From contig JBILLK010000012.1 of assembly GCA_044376115.1 (NCBI GenBank), positions 1 to 64,000 on the forward strand: 64,000 bases of DNA, in the 5' to 3' direction. This document shows, in pieces, positions 17,083-25,087 of the stretch. The translations under genes and the position numbers were made by a program. This stretch comes from Polyangiaceae bacterium (lineage in GTDB: Bacteria; Myxococcota_A; Polyangia; Polyangiales; Polyangiaceae). Numbering within the stretch: position 1 is the stretch's first letter; each line of letters begins with the position of its first letter. The notes under the pieces are model-generated. The model did not search any database. It had not been told where the DNA came from and saw only the letters and a program-made list of their open reading frames with translations.

Positions 17083-18291
17083 TCACTCAGGAGCGGGCTC
17101 GGGGGTCGGGTTCTGCAGCTGTTCAGCCTTCTTGCAGGCTAGGTTGATGCCCGATTGGCAAGCGCGCTGATAGGGCTTAATGGCCTTCTTCGGCTCTTTG
17201 TATTCGAGCATCAACCCAAGGTTGAGGCACGCGTCACCGTCGTTACTGATGTTGCAGGCCTTCTCCGCCAGCGGGATACCCTCTTCATACCGCTGCTCGA
17301 ACAGCATCATTCCGGACAGCGCCGAGCACCCGCGCACGTCCCCGAGGTCACAGCTCTTACTCAGCAACTGCAACCCGCGCGGAATGTTCTTATCCATCTC
17401 TTGGCCTAGAATCAGGCTGATACCGAGCATACGGCAGCCCTTGCCCTCGCCATCATTGCAGGATTGCTCACAGGCTTTGCCGTCTTTACAGCCGTCCTCG
17501 GCGTAGAGCAGACCAAACGTTTCATCCACTTCAACGGTACCAAGCCCTGCGGAGAGCTTGGTCAACTCGACGGCAAGCACAGCCTCACACGACTTCGGCG
17601 GCTCATCCGCACCAGCCTCAGCCGCAGAACAGGCCTCGAGCGACCCATCCCGCGTCTTCGTCAACTTCGAGGAATGGCTACCCGCCGAGAGCCCAGCGCC
17701 GAAGATCTCCGCGGCGGTCTTTAGCTCAGCTTTTGAGCTAGTCCCCATTGCGAAGGCGCCCATCTTGGCGCCGGTGATCACGTGGGTTGCTCCTTTGCAG
17801 TTACCGGTGAGCTCTGCGGCGCTGAAGGAGGACGCCGAACCAACCTGTTGGCCGACGATCACCAAACCAAGGTCGAACTTGGTTCCTGCCGAGGCCTCGC
17901 TCTCGAAGGTCGCAGCGATACCAACTCCGCCCAGCGGGAGAGCCGCTCGGATTTGGTCTGCGCTCTCAAGGGACAGAACGCGCTCCTTGGGGCTCGTCCC
18001 ACGATAGGAGTAGGTGCCTGCTGCCTTGCAGGTCTTCAAAATCTTCAGCTCTTTGCAGGTGAAGGAAACGACCGTTAGGTTCTTGCTGCCAATGGCGAGC
18101 TCCACATCGCTACGCCGTTCGGGCGGCAAGTCGAGGACGAAAGCATTGGTGGAATCTGCATTTGGGTCACACTTCTCGCCGGTGGCATCAGCAACCGTGG
18201 GTGCGTCTTTGCGAACGAGCTCGGCTGCGCCACAGCCCGCAAGCAACATTCCGAGAACAGCGATGGGGAGAGAGGAAAGTAGTGAGTTCAT
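17083..18291 (-). CDS. Lipoprotein with C-terminal Sel1-like repeats
   Basis: ATG 18291, LLAGC lipobox; SCDLGDVRGC, KACNISNDGDACLNLG, RACQSGINLAC. Confidence 0.85.
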   Translation of the reverse strand: MNSLLSSLPIAVLGMLLAGCGAAELVRKDAPTVADATGEKCDPNADSTNAFVLDLPPERRSDVELAIGSKNLTVVSFTCKELKILKTCKAAGTYSYRGTSPKERVLSLESADQIRAALPLGGVGIAATFESEASAGTKFDLGLVIVGQQVGSASSFSAAELTGNCKGATHVITGAKMGAFAMGTSSKAELKTAAEIFGAGLSAGSHSSKLTKTRDGSLEACSAAEAGADEPPKSCEAVLAVELTKLSAGLGTVEVDETFGLLYAEDGCKDGKACEQSCNDGEGKGCRMLGISLILGQEMDKNIPRGLQLLSKSCDLGDVRGCSALSGMMLFEQRYEEGIPLAEKACNISNDGDACLNLGLMLEYKEPKKAIKPYQRACQSGINLACKKAEQLQNPTPEPAPE

Positions 18292-18311
18292 GGATCGCGC
18301 CAGGATGTCAG

Positions 18312-19253
18312 TTATTGCGCTGGATGAGAACTCCCTCCCCGAAGCCCTTTCAACTTTCCGGAGCAAGTCACCGAGTAGATTCTGCGGATCTTCCCGACAT
18401 CATTGAGTTCGAAAAGAAGGGCGCTGATGTGAGGCAATGTGCTTCCTCGTATCGCAGCGCTTTCGACCGTCATTACGACCGCCGGGGCACCATGCAAAAC
18501 CCGGAGTTCCAGTCGGAAGGCGCTCGCTGCGGCCACCCCTCGCTTCGTGATGTTGACGTACATCTTGGCAACTTTGCTAACGCCAACAACAGGCACGCGC
18601 GCCGCAAAGTGTTCACCTCCCCCGTCGGACAACACCACAATATCGTCTGCAAGAAGCGCCTCAACCAAGGCAACATCGGCGCTGGACAAGGCGGCGATGA
18701 AGCGTTCAACCCGCGCGAACTCTGGGGCATCTCGCTTCACTGGGCGCGGTAGCGGGCCAGACTGCGCAAGTTTGCGCTTCGCGCGATGATGCAGGACCTT
18801 CACGTTGGCCTCGGTGACGGCCAACGCCGCAGCTACTTCCCGTACCGAATAGTCGCAAACATCCTGCAGAATGGTGACGGCGCGCTCCCTTGCCGTAAGC
18901 GCAGAAAGGGCCACCAGATAGGCATATAGCGCACGGTCGTGTAAGAGCAGCCGCTCTTCTGCGCCAGGGTCGAAGTCCCGTTCGGCGAGGAGCTCGTCCT
19001 CGACCAACGGCGGCAGCCACGGTCCAACATAGGAACGTTTGCGCGCGCGCAGCGCGTCGCGCGCAAGGTTGACGGTAACGCGGGCCAGCCACGGACGCAG
19101 AGAGCGTTGCAAATCGCTGGGTGGCGATTGGCTCAAACGAAGCCAGACCTCCTGCGCGATGTCGTCAGCGTCATAGGGCGAGCCAGTCATCCTGTAGGCC
19201 AAGCCCCAACAGAATCGCCGGTCCGACGAGGCCAGCGTGGCTACTGCAGACAC
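18312..19253 (-). CDS. ECF sigma factor with SnoaL-like C-terminal extension (SigJ/ECF41 type)
   Basis: LAYRMTGSPYDADDIAQE, YVGPWLP, LLADDIVVLSDGGG, all characteristic of ECF41. Confidence 0.92.
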   Translation of the reverse strand: MSAVATLASSDRRFCWGLAYRMTGSPYDADDIAQEVWLRLSQSPPSDLQRSLRPWLARVTVNLARDALRARKRSYVGPWLPPLVEDELLAERDFDPGAEERLLLHDRALYAYLVALSALTARERAVTILQDVCDYSVREVAAALAVTEANVKVLHHRAKRKLAQSGPLPRPVKRDAPEFARVERFIAALSSADVALVEALLADDIVVLSDGGGEHFAARVPVVGVSKVAKMYVNITKRGVAAASAFRLELRVLHGAPAVVMTVESAAIRGSTLPHISALLFELNDVGKIRRIYSVTCSGKLKGLRGGSSHPAQ

Positions 19254-20515
19254 GCGGCGGCCTCTCGCGCCGAAGCGAGCGCGGCGTCAAGCAAGTGTCC
19301 ACGAGAGCCGACCCAGTCACCAACCAGACAAATCCCAGGCTCGAACTCGACCGCCGGCCGCCCGGCATAGCCCCGCGATAGCGCCTTGGGCAGCCAGTTC
19401 GATACGAGGAGCTTGGGCGCAAAGCGCTCGACTAGAACCTGCTCACCAAACCCGGGTTGAACCATCTCGGCGTAGTGCTCAAGCTCCAAACGTAGCGCGG
19501 CTGCGTCAAGCTCTTCGTCTGGCGCTCGATAGCGCGCCACGTGGACCAGAGCGGCCCCTTCGGGCGCCAACGCCGCGTGAGCCGAGTGGACCGAGAGATA
19601 GAGCGGCTGGTCGAGGCCCAACGCGAAGAGCCGATCTGGGCGCGGCAAACGACGGAGCCCAAACGTGAGACAGGCAGCATGAATCGGAAGAGCTTCGTTC
19701 CACAGCTCAGGTTGGCCCAGAATAGAAGCCGCGACGCGCGGTCCCACCGCGAGAACGACTGCGTTGCAGTCAACCTGGTCTCCCTCGGCTAGCTCGAGGC
19801 TGAACCGAGAAGGACCGGCTCGGTGGAGCCTCGTTACCGTCGCTTGTCGAATGTCGACGGGATACGTCAGCTCTGGCGCTTGGGATCGCGCTGTGAGCTG
19901 GTCGACGAGGAATTGCCAACCGCCATCGAGATAGGTAACGCCGTTCTTCGAAGTCCGCTGCAGATTGCGGAGCGCTGCGCCCGCAGACATCGCGCTAGGC
20001 GCATGGGCGTACGAAGAAACGCGGAACAGGCCGAGCAGGGTCTGTCGCAAAACACCGTGCAGTCCCGCTTGATCGAGCCAAGCCTCAACCGTGCAATCGT
20101 CGAAACGCGCCGCATCCAACGAGCCGATCGTCGCGAGCAGCTTTGCAAACACGAGCTTGTCGGTGACCTTCAACAGAGGCGTCCGCAGCAGCGAGAGAAC
20201 GCCAGTGGGCAAAGGATACAACCGCTGCTCGACCAACCCCCAGCTACCGTCGCCAGACACCACTCGACGCGGGAGCGGAACGTCCAATAGCCGCAGCACG
20301 GCCTCTGCTTCGCCGCCACGGTAGACGGCGTGAGGTCCCTGGTTGAGCACGAAGCCGGCCTCATGCTGCTGCGAGCGCGCGCGCCCGCCGACCTTGTCTC
20401 GCAGCTCAATCAACTGCACACGTTTGCCTTGGCGCGCAAGCAACGTTGCTACCGCCAGACCGGCCAAACCACCGCCTACGACAACCGCGTCAAACCCACT
20501 CAATTTTCCCGACAT
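19241..20515 (-). CDS. FAD-dependent oxidoreductase (phytoene desaturase/amine oxidase-like)
   Basis: VVGGGLAGL...E...VGGRARS, NQGPHA, LVGDWVG...LLDAALAS. Confidence 0.88.
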   Translation of the reverse strand: MSGKLSGFDAVVVGGGLAGLAVATLLARQGKRVQLIELRDKVGGRARSQQHEAGFVLNQGPHAVYRGGEAEAVLRLLDVPLPRRVVSGDGSWGLVEQRLYPLPTGVLSLLRTPLLKVTDKLVFAKLLATIGSLDAARFDDCTVEAWLDQAGLHGVLRQTLLGLFRVSSYAHAPSAMSAGAALRNLQRTSKNGVTYLDGGWQFLVDQLTARSQAPELTYPVDIRQATVTRLHRAGPSRFSLELAEGDQVDCNAVVLAVGPRVAASILGQPELWNEALPIHAACLTFGLRRLPRPDRLFALGLDQPLYLSVHSAHAALAPEGAALVHVARYRAPDEELDAAALRLELEHYAEMVQPGFGEQVLVERFAPKLLVSNWLPKALSRGYAGRPAVEFEPGICLVGDWVGSRGHLLDAALASAREAAACLQ

Positions 20516-20523
20516 GAAGGCTT

Positions 20524-20550
20524 CACGTTGGAGCCGAAGGAAAGGTTACA
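20524..20550 (-). promoter_or_regulatory. ECF-type promoter TGTAACC-N16-CGTG upstream of the oxidoreductase-sigma operon
   Basis: Minus strand TGTAACC TTTCCTTCGGCTCCAA CGTG, 8 nt before ATG 20515; resembles the ECF41 consensus TGTCACA-N16-CGTC. Confidence 0.65.
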
Positions 20551-21612
20551 TTGATGATTGTGCCTTTCCACAATCACGAGCAAAGCCGTCCAGTTTGCCA
20601 CCACGCTCGACGGTGGCAGGCCCTGACTACGGGGCTCGCCTTGCTCACCGCCCTCGGCCTCTACCCGCGCGAGGGCTTGGCGGGCGGAATTCCGGTCACC
20701 CAAGCCACCGATGAGCAGCGGGAGCAGGCCCAGGTTCTTTTCAAGGCTGCCGTAAAGAAGTCAGCGGCAAAAAACTTCGAGGGTGCTCTCGCCGACCTGC
20801 GGGCATCGTTCGACCTCGTCGCCAGTCCCAATACAAAGCTGCGCATCTCACGCGAGCTCGGTGAACTCGGGCGCTGGGCTGACGCCTACCGAGAAGCGCA
20901 GATGGCTCAGGAGCTCGCTGAAACGGCCGTTCGCATCGATAAGAAGTACGAGGCCGCGGAGAAGGCCGCCCGCGTCGACACTGAAACCTTGCGCAAGAAA
21001 GTCGGCTTCGTCATCGTCGATCTGGGCCCTTTGCGCGGCGAGCTCGTGGTTTCTGGCCGAACCGTGCCCAGCGCCGATAGCACCAAGCCGATCGCGGTCG
21101 ACCCGGGCGAAGTCGAAATTTTACTGCGCAATCCGTCGGGCGTCCGCAGTGTTACCGTCGCCGTTGCCGCAGGAGAGATGCAATCCGCACATCTTCGGGA
21201 CGAAACGACGAGCGCGTTACCCAAACGCGAGAAACCGCCGCTGACTCCCTTTGATATGGGGGAAGGGCAGCAGATCACTGGGATCGCATTTGCTGCAGCC
21301 GGTGGTTTGGGCATGGTGCTGTTCACAGCGCTCGGTCTGGGAAACGTCGGTCTTCACAACAGCGTTGATAAGCAGTGCCCCAATCAACGCTGCCCCGAAA
21401 GTCTGCGCAGCGACGTTGAACAAGGCCAATCCCTTCAGCTAGGGGCCAACGTCAGTCTCGTGATTGGAGCTGTTGGGCTCAGCGCTGGAGCCGCGTTCTT
21501 GATTCCAACGTTCTTTGCCTCGAAACGGCGAGACAACTCAGCCGACAATGCACCCAAGGTCCGAGCATTGCTTGGGCCGAACTTCATCGGCACAGAAGTG
21601 AAGTTCCAATGA
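20551..21612 (+). CDS. Exported TPR + PEGA/Ig-like protein with C-terminal hydrophobic hairpin
   Basis: Signal-like N-terminus, TPR (AQVLFK...ALADLRASF), VDPG beta domain, two Gly-rich hydrophobic segments around CPNQRC, ends GTEVKFQ. Start uncertain. Confidence 0.8.
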   Translation: MMIVPFHNHEQSRPVCHHARRWQALTTGLALLTALGLYPREGLAGGIPVTQATDEQREQAQVLFKAAVKKSAAKNFEGALADLRASFDLVASPNTKLRISRELGELGRWADAYREAQMAQELAETAVRIDKKYEAAEKAARVDTETLRKKVGFVIVDLGPLRGELVVSGRTVPSADSTKPIAVDPGEVEILLRNPSGVRSVTVAVAAGEMQSAHLRDETTSALPKREKPPLTPFDMGEGQQITGIAFAAAGGLGMVLFTALGLGNVGLHNSVDKQCPNQRCPESLRSDVEQGQSLQLGANVSLVIGAVGLSAGAAFLIPTFFASKRRDNSADNAPKVRALLGPNFIGTEVKFQ

Positions 21613-22055
21613 GAGCTAGACATCTCATCGCAACCGCGCTCTTGAGCGCGCTAGCAGCCTGCACTGAAGATTGGGACTACTCCTTTGGAGGCAACTCGCA
21701 AGGTGGGCAAGGCGGAGCTCCGGCCGAGGTCGCCTGTGGGCAAACCAGCTGCAATATGGCCGAAGAAAGTTGCTGCATCAGCAATGATGGCAGCACCGCA
21801 ACCTGTGAAGCCGAATGCTCGGTGAACCAGCTGGCCATTGCATGCTCTGAACCAACACATTGCCCTGGTTCTTTCTGTTGTGTCGCGCAAGAGGGAGCAG
21901 CTTTCACCGGTACGAGCTGCCAAGCGGTCTGCGCGGGAAACCAAGTGGAGGTGTGCCCATCAACTGCCAACACGTGCTCCGACGCCGCAGCCTCCTGTAC
22001 GCCGCATCCACTCGCCACGGGCGTCTTCTACTGTCAAACCCCAAGCCCAACCTAA
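21609..22055 (+). CDS. Cys-rich lipoprotein
   Basis: LAAC lipobox, GGQGG tether, multiple Cys including CC pairs; ATGA overlap with the upstream gene. Confidence 0.8.
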   Translation: MRARHLIATALLSALAACTEDWDYSFGGNSQGGQGGAPAEVACGQTSCNMAEESCCISNDGSTATCEAECSVNQLAIACSEPTHCPGSFCCVAQEGAAFTGTSCQAVCAGNQVEVCPSTANTCSDAAASCTPHPLATGVFYCQTPSPT

Positions 22056-22151
22056 CACATACCCTGTACATAGATCCCACTTTGGCGGACCCAACAAACC
22101 TCAAGAATCCCGCACGGAAAGAGCCCAACAAAGGGCGCCCAGGACGAATTC

Positions 22152-22216
22152 GTTCAATCTTTGAACATTGGATTGACAAAGATTGTACGTGGACTACGGT
22201 AGCGTCATTCAAGGAG
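22152..22216 (+). promoter_or_regulatory. Sigma70-type promoter overlapped by three 11-bp direct repeats (CarH/CarA-like operator), plus RBS
   Basis: TCTTTGAACAT/TGGATTGACAA/AGATTGTACGT at 22158-22190; TTGACA 22173-22178; TACGGT 22195-22200; palindrome GTTCAA-TCT-TTGAAC 22152-22166; AAGGAG 22211-22216. Confidence 0.6.
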
Positions 22217-22223
22217 ATTCCGA

Positions 22224-22757
22224 ATGAAGCTCACCGGTTCACTGCTCGCGATGGTTGTGTCTCTTCCCCTCGTTCTGGCTTGTGGTGGGGCAACGCCTCC
22301 CGCCGCTTCCGGCGAAGACAAGGGAGAGGCGAAGACGGATGCCGCCGCACAGAAAGACATCGTTGATACTGCGGTTGAAGCAGGGCAGTTCAAGACACTC
22401 GTGGCCGCTGTCAAGGCTGCCGGGTTGGTCGAGACGCTCAAGGGCCCTGGCCCCTTCACCGTGTTTGCCCCCACGGATGAAGCGTTTGCAAAACTCCCCG
22501 CCGGTACAGTTGAAGACTTGCTGAAGCCGGAGAACAAGGACAAGCTCGCCGGTATCCTGACCTTCCACGTCGTCTCGGGCAAAGTGACGGCGGCGGACGC
22601 AGCCAAGCTGACCTCAGCAAAGACAGTGCAAGGTCAGGAGATCACCATCGACGCTACCGATGGTGTGAAGGTCAACGGAGCCAAGGTGGTCAAGGCCGAC
22701 ATCGAAACATCGAACGGCGTGATTCACGTGATCGACACTGTCATTCTTCCGAAGTGA
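22224..22757 (+). CDS. Fasciclin (FAS1) domain lipoprotein
   Basis: [54 protein letters not shown] lipobox. Confidence 0.97.
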   Translation: MKLTGSLLAMVVSLPLVLACGGATPPAASGEDKGEAKTDAAAQKDIVDTAVEAGQFKTLVAAVKAAGLVETLKGPGPFTVFAPTDEAFAKLPAGTVEDLLKPENKDKLAGILTFHVVSGKVTAADAAKLTSAKTVQGQEITIDATDGVKVNGAKVVKADIETSNGVIHVIDTVILPK

Positions 22758-22791
22758 TTGTTCGTTAGCCACCACCGAAGGAGGCATCTCT

Positions 22792-23187
22792 ATGCAACGT
22801 TCGTTCGAGGTCGAGGTTTTCTTCGACGGGGAATGTCCGCTCTGTGTGAGGGAGATCAACCTGCTTCGGTGGTTGGATCGGCGAGGTCGAATTCGCTTCT
22901 CCGATATTGCGTCGCCAACCTTCGATACGACCAAGGTTGGGCTTTCATGGCAGGCCCTGATGGACCGCATCCATGGCCGGCTCCCCGACGGTACGCTGAT
23001 TGAGGGAGTGGAGGTCTTCCGGCGGCTCTATGGGGCAGTCGGCTTTGGGCCCTTGGTGGCGCTTACGCGGTTGCCCGGCGTCTCGCACGCGCTCGATTGG
23101 GGCTATAGAGTGTTCGCAAAGAACCGGCTTAAGTGGACTGGCCGCTGCAAAGACGGAGTCTGTTCCCTTCAGCAGCCAGCCGAGTAA
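22792..23187 (+). CDS. DUF393/DCC family thiol-disulfide oxidoreductase
   Basis: [38 protein letters not shown]. Confidence 0.92.
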   Translation: MQRSFEVEVFFDGECPLCVREINLLRWLDRRGRIRFSDIASPTFDTTKVGLSWQALMDRIHGRLPDGTLIEGVEVFRRLYGAVGFGPLVALTRLPGVSHALDWGYRVFAKNRLKWTGRCKDGVCSLQQPAE

Positions 23188-23197
23188 GGTACCGCGC

Positions 23198-24244
23198 ATG
23201 ACCCGTTCAATGCTGGCACTCTTGGTTGTTTGGGGTGCGGCGTTAGCGGCTTGTGCCGACAGTTCGACCACCATCGCTGGCAGCGGGGGTCAGAATGTTG
23301 GTGGAGATGGTGGCCAGCAGGCGACCGGTGGCGGTGGGGCTGGTGGAGACGGCGGCAGCAATGCAAGCGGTGGCCAGGGTGGGAACGGCGGCCAAGGTGG
23401 TGCCGGCGGTCAGGCGCCTACCTGCCAAGGACTACGGCCGGCCTCCGGTACGACGAATCACAGCTTGGACTGGGACGGTTCAACACGCAGCTACTCGGTT
23501 CATGTGCCGCCCGGTTACACGGCAGAAGCGGCCTTACCGGTGGTCTTCGTCTTTCACGGCTTCACCGAGACAGCCTCGCTGATCGAGTTGATTTCCGGCA
23601 TGACGCCCGTCGCGGAGGCCCGCGATTACATCGTTGTCTATGCGGAAGGTCTCTTCACCAGTTGGAACGCAGGAGCCTGTTGTGGCAGCTCTGGCACTCT
23701 AGGCGTGGATGATGTCGGCTTCGTAGCCGCGATGTTGGCCGAAATCGAATCGACTTACTGCGTTGATAGCTCCCGCATCTTCGCGTCCGGTTTCTCCAAT
23801 GGCGGCATGCTTAGCCACCGGCTTGCCTGCGAAATGAGCGATACCTTTGCGGCGATCGGGGCCGTGTCCGGGACGATCGCGGTCGCTGATTGCACGCCCA
23901 GCCGTCCCATCCCCGTGAGCAACTTTCACGGCACTGCCGACTTGATAGTCCCGTACAACGGCGGCTTCTCAGGTGGCGCTAGCGTGCCGGACACAATTAA
24001 CGGCTGGATAACGCGCAACGGCTGTACCACAACAGTTACGACCTTTGACCAAGGGGACGCGCTCTGCGAAACACACGGCGAATGCGACGCTGGGGCTGAC
24101 GTCATGCTGTGCACCCTCGAGGGCGGAGGCCACCAATGGCCCGGTGGGTCGTCGTCGGGCCCCAACGGAATCATTAATATGGATATCTCCGCTAGTTCGG
24201 CATTGCTGGACTTCTTTGATCAGCATCCGATGCCTGCCCCCTAA
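23198..24244 (+). CDS. LpqC/PHB-depolymerase-like alpha/beta hydrolase lipoprotein
   Basis: ATG 23198, LAAC lipobox, Gly-rich tether, VFHG, WNAGACCG, GFSNGG nucleophile motif, HGTAD, GGGHQWPG. Confidence 0.9.
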   Translation: MTRSMLALLVVWGAALAACADSSTTIAGSGGQNVGGDGGQQATGGGGAGGDGGSNASGGQGGNGGQGGAGGQAPTCQGLRPASGTTNHSLDWDGSTRSYSVHVPPGYTAEAALPVVFVFHGFTETASLIELISGMTPVAEARDYIVVYAEGLFTSWNAGACCGSSGTLGVDDVGFVAAMLAEIESTYCVDSSRIFASGFSNGGMLSHRLACEMSDTFAAIGAVSGTIAVADCTPSRPIPVSNFHGTADLIVPYNGGFSGGASVPDTINGWITRNGCTTTVTTFDQGDALCETHGECDAGADVMLCTLEGGGHQWPGGSSSGPNGIINMDISASSALLDFFDQHPMPAP

Positions 24245-24253
24245 GGTGCTCGA

Positions 24254-25087
24254 ATGCCCGAAGGCGATACGATCTTTCGGCTTGCCGCTAGACTCAGACC
24301 GGTATTGGTCGGACAACCAATTGCGGCGATCCAAAGTACGGTAACGCAGATTCGCGAGCGGCACCTCGTCGGCAGCTCCGTGGAGGAGGTTTCGACCCGT
24401 GGCAAACACCTGCTCATGAGCTTCTCCTCTGGGCTCACTCTTCATACCCACCTACGCATGAATGGTGCTTGGCAGGTTTATGAGCGTCGAACAAGCTGGC
24501 GCGCGCCTACCATGGGACTGAAGATCGCCCTGCTCACGAATCAGCATGCGTGTGTATGTGTTGCCGCACCTCTCGTGCGGTTGCTGCGCACGGAAAGGCT
24601 ACCGCTCGACCCAATGCTCTCGGCGTTGGGACCTGATCTGCTAGCGGAGGCATTCTCGGAGGAGGAGGCAACTGCGCGATTAGCCACCCAAGGCGAGCGA
24701 ACCATCGCAGAGGCGCTCCTCGACCAGTCGCTGCTCGCTGGCATCGGCAACGTTCTCAAGTCTGAGGTCCTGTTTCTTCAGGGTGTTCACCCGCAAACCC
24801 GGGTGGCGGCACTCTCCCTCGCTGAAATCGGAAAACTCGTGCATGAGGCCGCGGTAGTGATGGAGAAGGTCGTCACTCCTGGCCGGGATAGACAGTTTGC
24901 GCTCCCCGGCAGGGTCACGCGCCTAACTTCGCAATCGATGAATGGCCGAGGCGGGGAACTCTGGGTTTATGGCCGGGAGCGTGAGCCCTGCTATCGTTGT
25001 GGCAGCGAGATAAAGCTCACCACCTTTGGCAAAGACGCTCGTGTTACCTATCATTGCCCCCGGTGCCAACCAGCACGAGCACATTAA
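24254..25087 (+). CDS. nei: Fpg/Nei family DNA glycosylase (endonuclease VIII-like)
   Basis: MPEGDT N-terminus, RGKHLL, HLRMNGAW, LLDQSLLAGIGNV (H2TH), CxxC...CPRCQ zinc finger. Confidence 0.93.
   Translation: MPEGDTIFRLAARLRPVLVGQPIAAIQSTVTQIRERHLVGSSVEEVSTRGKHLLMSFSSGLTLHTHLRMNGAWQVYERRTSWRAPTMGLKIALLTNQHACVCVAAPLVRLLRTERLPLDPMLSALGPDLLAEAFSEEEATARLATQGERTIAEALLDQSLLAGIGNVLKSEVLFLQGVHPQTRVAALSLAEIGKLVHEAAVVMEKVVTPGRDRQFALPGRVTRLTSQSMNGRGGELWVYGREREPCYRCGSEIKLTTFGKDARVTYHCPRCQPARAH

Noticed and set aside
19241..20515. Carotenoid biosynthesis gene crtI
   Set aside because: Only the general FAD-binding fold is recognisable and no crtB/crtE neighbours are present.
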